From Vermamoeba vermiformis (Eukaryota): a stretch of DNA of 64,000 nucleotides. Below are positions 11,699 to 22,879 of the stretch, piece by piece (positions within the stretch are counted from its first letter, which is position 1; each line of letters begins with the position of its first letter). The position numbers were made by a program, and so were the translations under genes. The DNA is taken from assembly GCA_045837725.1 (NCBI GenBank), contig JBEWZL010000243.1, positions 124,001 through 188,000 on the forward strand, in the 5' to 3' direction. Below the pieces are notes generated by a model. That model was not told the DNA's origin, did no database searches, and was given only the letters and a program-made list of their open reading frames with translations.

Positions 11699-12745
11699 AT
11701 GAGCACCTCAGTATTACCTTTCACTCCATCGATCAACGACTTGCATTTGAACACCATCAATGGTGTTCTGGGCAACGTGAGCCAATCTCACCTCAACGAA
11801 TATTCATCGCCTCAACAACGAGTGCAAGCACATCTCCAATATGTTTTGAATATTGTAAGCACCAAATTTCGAATTTACAAATGATTGGCGATTTATTTTT
11901 AATTTTTTTAGCTCGAATCTGGTCAATTTGCTCCCTCAAGCTTGACCGACTCTCAAAAGCAAAAAAGAAACGAGTGCGTGAATATTCTTCGTGTGTATAT
12001 GAACGCTGGAGTATTTCCTCACCAATTTGAGGTATGAATGAATATTAAAGTAGCCGTTAAATTTATAATTTTTCTAGTACCCAGATCCATCTTCAACTCA
12101 TCGCCCATGCTTTAAAGACGATGCCAACAACGTTTGCGCTGTTGGTCACTTGATCGAAAAGACAGCAGGCATGGAAGTCGTCGATCAGATTAACAACTCG
12201 TTCAAATTCGCCTACATCCGCGACATGGACCTATCGCTCATCGAGCAATGGAAATCTGAACACGGTTTCAGTTTGATCGAGCTCGCAATGGTACGCATAC
12301 TATTCAAACGAAAAAAAAACAACTAATCTCCGGATTTAGATTCAGCCGAGTTATTCTTTTATGCACCGCCCTCACCCTCTCCCTATACCTTCCGTTCCTC
12401 CCCCAAGTATGGTAATCCACGCTAATGTGCGATGCGATAATTGTGGCACTTCACCCATTTACAATGTGCGTTACAAGTGCGTAAACTGCCCTAATTTTGA
12501 TTTATGCGCAAGTAAGTCTTTATTGCTAATATGAGCTAGCTGTTAATACGATATATTAATTAATTAATTTAAAATCAGATTGCGAGTCTATTGAGTCCCA
12601 CGATAAAACCCACGTCTTATTGAAGTTGCGATATCCGATCGCAGCTGAACCTTCCAACAACGTCGCATTGTTGCCAGGTATTAAAGTCGTGCCACCAACA
12701 CAGCAAGTCAGCCCTGTTCCTATCATTCCTCGTCCAGTGGATTGA
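11699..12745 (+). CDS. Uncharacterised bacterial-like domain fused to a ZZ-type zinc finger
   Basis: Spliced product reads RVQAHLQYV..GVFPHQF..HRPCFKDDANNVCAVGHLIEKT..QIN..FKFAYI.DM..W..HGFSLIELAMIQPSY, then HANVRCDNCGTSPIYNVRYKCVNCPNFDLC..CE...HDKTHVLLK (ZZ). Stop TGA 12743-12745. Confidence 0.8.
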
Positions 12746-13255
12746 TCTTCATGATCCGATCTTGCCGTTAAGCGCTGCGCATCTACTATATTGCACAGTA
12801 GCATCATTGTACTCATTATTATAATAAATCGGCTTTATTAAGGCCCTTATCAAAAATCTTTCGTGGCAAGGTGAATTTTTTTTCCCGCCGTCCATTTTTC
12901 TTTCAATTTTCGTTCTTAAATATAATATTACAAGCACAAATCAAGGACTATATTTGAATATATCGTTGCTTTATCAAGGTATGTTAATTAAACAAGTGTT
13001 ACCCTGTGCTCGACCAGTAAATCGAATCTGGTTGACAACTGAAAATTTAAACTACTTGAAGTTAATTAGCATATTTAGTACTGCCATTATTTTTTTAGTG
13101 AAGATCTAGCAATTATAACATCAATTAATCGATAATGTAAATTAATTCTGTATTTTTCTTCTAAATGAAAACCAATTTTGTGGTTAAATGATCGTCTAAT
13201 ACACATCTTTGTTATAAAATATCGTGCATTAATAATTTAATTAACGCAAATATAG

Positions 13256-14411
13256 ATGGTCAAGGGACGAAGAAGAGCTAAGAATCAGGATCGCTTCAAC
13301 ACGTACATCTACAAAGTCCTGAAGCAGGTTCATCCTGATACTGGCATATCCAATCAAGCCATGGTAGTCATGGACAACTACGTCCAGTTCACTTTGCGTC
13401 GTATTGCCGAACAAGCACAGATCTTGGTTGATCTCGAGAAAGCAAGGACGTACGTGCTTAGTTAAATATTTTGTGGTCGCTAATAGCTTTTTAGTCTCGA
13501 TAGCCGTGACATTCAAACTGCTGTTCGTTTGGAATTGCCAGGCGAGCTTGCAAAGCATGGTAAGCCCCATAATAGTTAGTTTAAATAATAATTATTAATG
13601 GGCGTTCAGCGGTCTCTGAGGGCACCAAGGCAGTCGTTAAATTCACCTCGTCTCGTGGTACTAAAGGCTCGCAGTCCTTCAAGGCTGGTTTACAGTTCCC
13701 CGTGTCACGTGTCAAAAAGCTGCTCAAGTTCTGTAAGCACCATACTTAAACTCACGCCTCGTTCATTTTACTAATTACTCTGTTTGGTAGACACTAATGC
13801 ACCGCGCATTGGCAATACTGCTGCCGTCTACTTGGCTGCAGTGTGCGAGTACATGGCTGCTGAAGTCTTGGAGCTTGCAGGCAACGCCTCAAGGGGTACG
13901 TCACTATTTCAAATTCTGTTGCTAAATTTCACTAATGCGCACGTAGATCTGAAGCTGAGAAGAATTATCCCTCGTCACATCCAATTGGCAGTCCGTGGAG
14001 ACGAAGAACTCGATCGCTACTTGAAGGACGTTACTATCCGCGGAGGAGGAGTCATCCCGCACATTAACAAGGCCCTTATTACTGGTAAATTCTCGAACAG
14101 CACTCCTGCAACGACAACGAGCTTCGGTGCCTTTGGGGGTGGATTCGGCAGTACTGCTCCGACCCTTTGGAGGTTTCGGTACTATGACACCTGCACCCTC
14201 AACGGACTTTGGAAATGCTTTTGGAGCTCCAACGGCCTTTGGTACCACGGAATGCGGCTCCAGCATTCACTTTCGGGGGGCGCTACTGCCTTCAATCCCA
14301 ACGCAACCAATTTCACTTTTGGTGCTCCTTCTACTAACCCAATCCCTGGATTTGGTGCGCTGAAAATCAAGGATGAGGAAGATGGAGGATGACGAGGCCG
14401 ACGATGAGTAA
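13256..14411 (+). CDS. Fused histone H2B-H2A doublet with FG-rich and acidic C-terminal tail
   Basis: Exons 13256-13449, 13495-13559, 13610-13732, 13791-13895 and 13947 onward, all GT-AG and phase-consistent. H2B ([49 protein letters not shown]) runs without a stop into H2A ([57 protein letters not shown]). As assembled the frame ends at 14392; the frame-corrected tail ends at TAA 14409-14411. Confidence 0.92.
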
Positions 14412-14735
14412 AGTCGTGGTGGTACATCTGAATCTGGATCGGAAAGTAAGAGCCTGTGTGTCGAGTAATATTGGTGCACGACTCTTTGTAATAAATAGCG
14501 TTTATGACGTACGTATGTTCTAACTGCTTAAACTCTCAGAGTTGATTTCCTTATTTAGATTCAATGTTCGTGACGTATCGCGACTAGAACCAAAAAGGAA
14601 GTGAAGCTGGATTTTTAGGTAATGCACTGTAAAACGACGTCGCGATAGGCACACGATAAATTTGACCCTTAGGCCGGCTCACAACAGTATTCAGCTAAGA
14701 ATAACAATTAAGGATCATCCACGCACGATCTGATA

Positions 14736-17406
14736 ATGGAGCTCGACGTACCGCCCGTGCAGCTTCAATGGAACGACATACGATATTCAGTCAAGAAAGC
14801 CAAAAAAGGATGCAAAAAAGGAGAAGCTAAGACGATCAACATTTTGCATGGATTGACTGGAGTTATTGAGCCGGGAAATACCTTAGCTATCATGGGACCT
14901 AGCGGTAAGAAAATATATTTTATTATGTGCCATTAGGTTTTAATGCTAATTGAGAGGTTACTAAGAGCAAAATTAATTTCAAAAATAAATCCGATCTCTC
15001 AACAATCCTTAGCAGTAAGCTGATTCTTTTCATACTATAGGTTCAGGAAAAACTACATTAATGAATATTTTTGCTTGCCGTATTCCTAAAAAGGCCGAGG
15101 GAGAAGTGTTAGTAAACGGTATTAAAGCTGATCTACAAATCATGTACGTCGACAATGCATTTAATTGATAATATCGTCATTTCTAATTATTTCACGCAAT
15201 AAAGGCGCCGAATTGCAGGCTACGTACCGCAAGAAGACATTTTGACTGGATCACAAACTGTTCGAGAAGCCTTAATGTTCTACGCGCAACTCAAGCTACC
15301 CACAACGGTCACGAACAAAGAAAAAGAAGAACGAGTACGTCATTAGCCTTTATTATGATGGCTTAATAAGCTCACATTGCTGTCTTAACAGGTCGATAAA
15401 ATTATTGAAGAACTTGGCTTGAAGAAAGTAGCAAAGAGCTTCATCGGATATGTAGGAGAAGGCAAGTACTAAGACCTTAACTAAAGTATTGAGAATCGCA
15501 TATCCGTAACTTCGTAACAAGGTTGTTACGCGACGGAAGAAATTTGACAGCCAAATTTCAAAATTTTGCCACTCAAATCCAAGGCCGCGTACTGACCTAA
15601 TATTTCCATAGATGCATTGAATAGTGGTCTACGAAGAGGTTTGAGTGGTGGCGAGCGCAAGAGACTTAGCATTGGATTGCAATTAGTAAGCAACCCTTCG
15701 CTGCTGTTCCTCGATGAACCAACCACTGGCTTGGACTCATTCACCGCTCAAAGTATTGTACAAACACTATCGAACTTGGCTAAACAAGGCAGAACCGTAA
15801 TGTAAGTGAACGAACTTTTTACGGATCCGAGTTTAACTCCGCTGCTTTTAGCTTTACTATTCATCAGCCCTCAACAGAAGTGATGCAATTATTCGATCAA
15901 TTGATGATTATTGGTGCGGGCAAAACCATGTACTACGGACCTGGACCTAAAGTCGTTGACTACTTCAAATCCGTTGGTTACACTTGCCCAAAGTTCGAGA
16001 ACCCTGGCGACTATATCAGTAAGCAATACTATATTATTATGTACGACTTTTTTTATTAACTAATATGTAGTGGAGAGTGTTGTCGTTGGTAAAGGCGAAG
16101 AATTTGACGGGCTGACTAAAACGAAGGACAGCGAGGCTGTTGATGGCGACGGCAAGAAAAAGAAAAAGAAGAAGCCTACAGACGGAATTGACTTCTCGAA
16201 AGCTAGCGAACAAGCGGACAAATTGGCTGCTCTGTACAACGAGTCCGAATACGTCAAAGTAAGATCTGATCCGCTCTCTTGTTGAAGCAACAACTAACTC
16301 TTAATTATAGTATACTCAAAAAGCTGGTGATGTGCCTGTTAAGATTGACACTGGCAAGCGAAAAGACCGACCAGGCATCGGACTGCAAATGAAGATGTTG
16401 TTAGAACGGGCGTACAAGAACGTGTTCAGAGAACCCAATTTGTTGAAAGCTGGTCTCATTCAAAACACTATCGTCGGAGTATTAATCGGACTTATTTATT
16501 TGCAACTGACTTACACACAACGAGGTACGTTATTTAATAATATTTCCTAATTAGGAAAGTGCATTAACATGGAATTTTCCTTTTTTAGGCATTCAAGATC
16601 GATTGGGCAGTATCTTCTTTGCAGCCACTTTTATGATGTTTGCGGGTATTTTAGGCCCGTTCTATTTATTCCCGACTGAACGCAAGATATTTTTGTTCCA
16701 ACACGTGGACGGCCTTTATTCAACACTCACGTACTACGTGTCCAAGTTAATGGCTGAAATTCCGAGCTTTTTAATCGCAAACATCATCTTCGGCACGATA
16801 TTCTATTGGATGGCGAATTTGAAGCCGGATGTAAGTGGTGGATGTCAAAAGTGTTTTTGACACGTACTTACGATTGTTTCCTTATTAGGCAGGAGCGTTC
16901 TTCTTGTTCATTTGCATTAATTTCTTAATCACCAACACTGCCTTTGCATTCGGTGTCGGTATCATTGGTCTGTTCCCGAACCCAGCCGTCGCCCTCAATA
17001 TCTTCCCCTTGTTCTTCATTCCTCAAATGGTAATCACATCGAATCATTCATATACTAGTACTAGTACTGACCTCGTTATCAGATCTTCTCTGGCTTCTAT
17101 ATCTCAGCCAATACAGTGCCGCCATGGTTCGTGTGGATCGAGTACATCACGTTCTTGAAGTATGCATTCGCTGCCCTCGCGCAGAATGAGATGGAAGGTG
17201 CCTCGTTCTACTGCACCGACGAAGAGCTGAAAGATCGTGGAGGTGTATGCGTATTGACTACTGGTGAAGCTGTGTTGGATTTCTTCGGTTTGGATCAACT
17301 GCCGATCTACGCGAACATTTTGGTTTTGATTGGTTTCATGTTATTCTTCCACACTCTCGCGGTCATATTGCTTGCTGTATCTGCTAGAAAGCAGAAGCAG
17401 GTGTAA
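14736..17406 (+). CDS. ABCG-family (White-like) half transporter
   Basis: Walker A GPSGSGKTT, signature [12 protein letters not shown], Walker [18 protein letters not shown], and a C-terminal TM domain (NBD-TMD order). Confidence 0.95.
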
Positions 17407-17522
17407 TGGACCAATTGTAGCTATATTTATATAAATATTTTAATTTTCTGCGACACCACATCCACAACCCGATGAGGGTATATTATCGCTCCTTTATATT
17501 ACAATAATTATTCCAATAATTC

Positions 17523-20110
17523 TTATTGTAGAAATGACGTAAGTTCACTGCTCGAGAATTCATAGGGAATGTGTCGTGGTTGTTGAGGTGCTTCACCACC
17601 CAAACGTTCAATATACTCATTATAGTCATCATCAGTTTTTCTTACAATCAACGAAACACATCGGCCCATTTTAGCATATCGAGAAAGTGTTTCTCGATCC
17701 GACACTAAAAAGTGTTAAGCAATTGCGTATTTCAGTTGTAACATTATCATACCTTCATAAACAGTCTTACTGCACTTGTTGCAATATCTTTCAGTGTCAT
17801 TTGCAGTCGTGTCTAACTTCTCCCACAAAATCGGACATTGAAATTCAAACTCGCAGTTCTCTGCGAAAAATAGCCAAATTAGGAAAAGTTAACTAATAGA
17901 TCACGTGATAATGATGCGTACCAATCGGATGACTAGCTAGTAGTAACGTCTGTCGAGTGGTCAAGTACCGTGCTTTGTACAACGACTTCCACGATTTGAC
18001 TTTGACGTCATGATAAGCGTTTTGAAAGCACCAACGGAACAACGTGCGCCACACTATATTATCATCCGACGCCTTTTTGAAGCTCTTGGAAATCTGTCAA
18101 ACAAAAAACAATTAATATTCAGCTTCGACAAAAAGTCAAAAAAAAAACCTCGCGCGAGCGTCGATCTCGTGTATAAAATTACAGCACTATGGTATCCGAG
18201 CAATTCCAAATTTGATATACTTATTGTGCTCGTCAATGACACCGTGGTAATGTTTGATATATCGATATCTCTATTTAAGTAAGACTGGGAGATCGATCGA
18301 GATCCATCATCCCGAAAAAAGTTCAACTTTCGGGAACGAAAAGTTGGAAGAACTAAATAGGCTATAATTATATATATATTCATTACTTACTAATCGGCAC
18401 TCCAATGCAAAGTCATGGCACGGCCTTGGCATCGTTGCTGATGGATCCAAACTTACGCCCCATCCGGGTTGACTAGCGTAAACAATCATCTCAGACACTA
18501 GTTCTTCAGGTAGCTCTTTCAATCGATCTTTTTTGTCGTTGCGATAATTAGGTATGCTATGCACATCGAATGTAAAGGGACCAATCATATTCACTGAAAA
18601 CTCTGCTCCTTGTCGCGAGAACGAAACTCCTGGGAAACAATCCATGCCGCGATGAACTCGACCAGGGAAGCAACCTAAAGACAAAAATTAATATTAATAA
18701 GTCTAAGACTGATCCAGGATCAAGATCCGATGTACCGAGCATTTTTCCATTTTTGGTGAAGTACAAGCGTCGCAAGTTGTAGCTGTCCAATAAAATGCCT
18801 GCGCCAATTGTATCGCCTTCATTAATACTAGGAAATTCGATGCCGTCTGCATTGGGGTTATTGCTGACCAACAACTACAAAGGAACAAAATTATTAGACC
18901 TAAGCTTAACTACATTTAATCGTTCTTAAATATAGTTAATGTTGTTAATATAGTTACCTTTCCATCGCTCAAATAACCATAGCTATTCTGTTGTTGACCC
19001 AACATCCGGTTTTGAACAAAAGTTTGATTGCCAATGCCAACACCAACAGCGCCATTAATCTTCTTGAACATGACTTCAAAGTACGCGTGCGGCACTGGTT
19101 CAATATCAATGCGCGACAAGTCCCAATGTTGTTGCGAGATCATACTCATCGCATCTGGACACTTCTTGCCGACAGCATCAATCGTATATGTATTTGGTAC
19201 TGGTGAGTGTACCACGTGCTCTAGATTACCAATATCAAGTCGCATCTCCTTTGCAGCGTTTGGCTCGGAGTTGTGGATCAGCTCGTACGCGCATGTTGAG
19301 CACTCGAAGTAGCCAGGACACTGAGAGCAAACGTAGTGGTATCCTGTGCAGTTTGCATGGCATCTCGAGCACTCAGGTTTGGCAATAGTGTTGGATGTCA
19401 GTGCAAAGCTAGTATCGACTAATTCTGGTCGTACGAGCGGATGTGGATGCGTTGCGGAAGTGACCACAGGATAGCGTGGAAACTTGTAAAGACTATTGTA
19501 ACATGTTGAACAAAGTGTATAATCGTTGCAGTACTCGCATGAATGATCTAGAACAAACGGGTGGTCAGTTTTCGGATCGTCAAATCCGCATCCGAAATTT
19601 AAGTTGACTTACAAATGACGTACGGTTGTGCACAACCGCAAGTAGTGCATTTCAGGCCTAAATTACCACCGTTGAAAACTCCCTCTTGCGGCAAGGGATG
19701 CGGGTGTCTCGTAGCGATTTTTTGTTTCAAGATCACTTCTGAAATTGAAATCATCCATTGACGACTCTCTTCCTCAGTATCAGTTTTGAATATAGGTGCT
19801 TGGGAATATTCTGCACTTTCTTCTTCGTTTTTAATAATAAAACCACAAGGAACCGAATCCAAAGGAACTGCCGCGCCTAACAGACCAATATTCACGTTTT
19901 GTTGCGTACCCTTGATAGTAAAATTAAAATTAATTAAAATTTCAATATTTATTTTGCATAATAGTAAATTAAATACGTATTTAATTTACTTACAGCGTAA
20001 TTTAACGTTATCACAGCATCCGAAGACAAACTCATTTCGCATTCCTCCCATTTTCCTCTGGAATAATCTCCAGCCAAATATTTAACTTTTCCAGCACGAA
20101 CAGTAGTCAT
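17523..20110 (-). CDS. PH - two ZZ/C1-like zinc fingers - SPRY - F-box - C-terminal Cys-rich domain protein
   Basis: Start MTTVRAGKVKY..KWEECEMSL, PH end FKTDTEEESRQWMISISEV; two HPHPL..CxxC..CxxC..CxxC fingers; SPRY (YFEV..VGVGI..SYGYLSDG..GDTIGAG..YFTKNGK); F-box LKELPEELV..CRLISKSF..DNIVWR..WKSLY; terminal CEFEFQCPILWEKL..RYCNKCSKTVY..GRCV. Confidence 0.82.
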
Positions 20111-20369
20111 TTTTCAATATTACCAACCGTACGCCAGATTGATTTTGTTTATCAAAGGTTTTAGTTTTTTCCAAAAGCCGCTTAAAGGAAATTGCTAAAA
20201 AAATGAGAGGTCTATATATTAAGATGCTAAATTTTACCGCGTATTTGCGTGGTTGTCGTCAGTTACGAATGAAAAAAGTTAATCGTTAAAATTTCAGACC
20301 GGAACCACAACCACCAGGATCAGCCAATTAAAATTTTATAGTAGGAATATATAATATTATTATAATATA

Positions 20370-21210
20370 ATGGAAGACTGGAAGTTCATTTTAGTAGGAA
20401 GCAGGATGAAATATTTACTTCGTCTTCTCCAAATTTCCCAGGTGAGCAACGATTAATTAAATAATATATCATCCTAATAAATAAATTTTATAATATAAGC
20501 TCAAATCTGCATATTATGATTAATTATAAAATAAATACATCAATTTTTAGAATTTGCATAGCTCTAAAACTCTATTTTTAGTCCACATAGATACGTACTT
20601 TGATAAGGGTAAGTCAATTTAATTAAGTTGATTAAGACCGATTAACAGTTACAAAGTATCGCACCGCAGCAACGATCCGGTCGAAATTGATGGCACTGCT
20701 TGTATGTACGAGTTCTATGCCACTTGGATGGACCCTAAAGAACTGCATCCTATGCTAAATATTGCACTCCCAAATGCTCAAGGCTATGTTGTAAGATCCT
20801 TCCGCTTTGACCGAAAGGGATCTGATCCGAAACATTTTTTATTTTTAGGTGGCTTATAGCTGCACCGATCGACCGTCCTTTGAATTAATACATGATATAA
20901 TAACAAAAATTAGATCAGTAAAAGCCGCTCCGCCTGAAGAAATTCCAACAGTTCTTATTGAAACAAATGAATTTTGCATTGTGGCCGAGGATGAGGTAAG
21001 CAGCGAAGGTAATTATAACAATACTAATACTACGTACTATAATTTGTAGCTCGTCAAGTGACCCTTCAAGAAGGTAAGATCTCGCGCTCAATCGATATTT
21101 TTTCTACTTCCGCTCAAACAGCAAGTCGACGAGTCCGTAGAAGAAGAGCGCGAGCAAAAGAAGATATTAAAAAGAACGCGGCACGACCTATTCCGGAAAA
21201 TTTCCATTTA
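20370..21210 (+). pseudogene. Degenerate Ras/Rap-like small GTPase (pseudogene or pseudo-GTPase)
   Basis: Ras-like segments WKFILVGS, VEIDGTAC, NAQGYVVAYSCTDRPSFE..IPTVLI and RQVTLQEG. G1 (GxxxxGKS), G3 (DTAG) and G4 (NKxD) are absent, and the exon phases do not join cleanly. Confidence 0.55.
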
Positions 21211-22034
21211 ATTCAACACTAAGACGCAATTTAATATAAATATGCACAAATCGCCTATATTAATGATAGACAAATAGACAACTACACAACAACTCGAAGA
21301 TACTGCAATAAGAAAAAAAAATAATTTACTTTTTAGAGACCATGGAAAAAATCATAAGGCGATGAACAGGGAATGGGAAATCAAAGGAGAACACGAGCCC
21401 CGCGACTTTCGACACATTCTGAAACCATAATTTGGAGAAGGAGGGGACGCAGACGGAGGGCGAGGGGGAGCAGCAGGGAGAGACGAGGACGTCAGGGGTG
21501 GAGGGAGGAATGACGGGCAAGAGCTGACCACGAGCATGCATGCCTTTTGGTGCGCGTGGTTAGTGTGTCATTATACAAATACGTCTATTTGGGAAAATTC
21601 GAGCGGTACGTTCCTTATACCGACCTTACTTTAGCGCCTTAATGTTATATGTTATTGATTATATAAAATAGAGTTCAAGGTGATACAGACGCACAGTACG
21701 AATCAGCTATCATGAAGTGGGAAGTGTTCGATTTGCTGCCGATACTTAAGGTGTAATTCAAACGAGCCCATGAAACTTAAAAGATTAAAGTACTAATGAG
21801 GCAATGATTTAGAATGAACCAATTGAACCTCTGAAACCAGTGTTTGAAAGCTTGTTCAATCTGAACTTTATGAGTGACTTGAAGATTGTTGTAGCATCGA
21901 ACGACAAGAAAAAACATCGGCACGAGATATTTTGTCACAAAATGATACTTTTGACACCGTGAAAAATATACTGTGACACGTGTCACCCGGTGAACAAGTC
22001 AAACAGGATACGTATTAACATTTTTTACTTCCAG

Positions 22035-22650
22035 GCAGGATTCAAAGAATCAGGAATGACCGAACTGATAATTGACGACTGCAGATATGACGGTAAGCGC
22101 TGACCGGACATGTCATGTACCAATAATCGCGTAACAGCTGTAATGTTCTTGATCAAATATTACTACCTCGACGTGCATGAACTTGAAGACCACTCACTTG
22201 CATTGGATCTGTTGAAGTAAGTAATGACATCCTTTGACACTTTGACACGTGTCATTAATGCATTTACGTTAGGATTGCCCATCGCTACAATGAACGACAA
22301 GTGCTGCACGTGATCTCGCGATACTTGAGCCTAAAGATCACCATTGACTCAGTCAGTCACATTCTCGCGCTGTGCGAGTTATTTGTACTCGATGAGCTCA
22401 AACAAGGTACGGCCTATTTTCTTCGATATTAATACCTAACAGAATACACTAATTTACGCTCCTCTTAGCGTGCCTCGAGTTCATTTCGTATCGCTTTCCA
22501 AAGGTCGCCAAGACGGCAGGCTTCAAACAACTGTCCGCTGAGACACGTGCTGCATTGGAAGCGCAACAAGTGGCAGGTCAGTGGATGATTGAAAAAGAGA
22601 AGCAAGATGAGTCGCACCTCGTCAAACTCCTCAAACACTTCACATTGTAA
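22035..22650 (+). CDS. BTB/BACK-domain protein, 3' exons only (5' exons not identified)
   Basis: GFKESGMTELIIDDC..FLIKYYYLD..ALDLLKIAHRY..ITIDSVSHILAL..DELKQACLEFI..F.KV.KT.GF..L; stop TAA 22648-22650. Confidence 0.7.
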
Positions 22651-22879
22651 ACACGATCGTTAGAAAACTGCCACGTAAAATGTACAAGTACACAGATCTT
22701 TTCTCCAAATAGCGCGCACAACATCGACAATAAGAATATAGAAGATATATTGCATGCGTACTTCCATCGCAAACCATAACTTGATGGCCCATGATTGAAA
22801 TGCTGGATGTGGTCAACGCAATCTATGTACGATACTTAATATTTTATATATTGATAGATATGTTATATCTACACTAGTA

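Noticed and set aside
13256-14392. Separate adjacent H2B (13256-13465) and H2A (13784-14392) genes, as the ORF track suggests
   Set aside because: The ORF ends fall inside introns. The H2B C-terminus and H2A N-terminus are contiguous in one exon and H2A has no ATG of its own.
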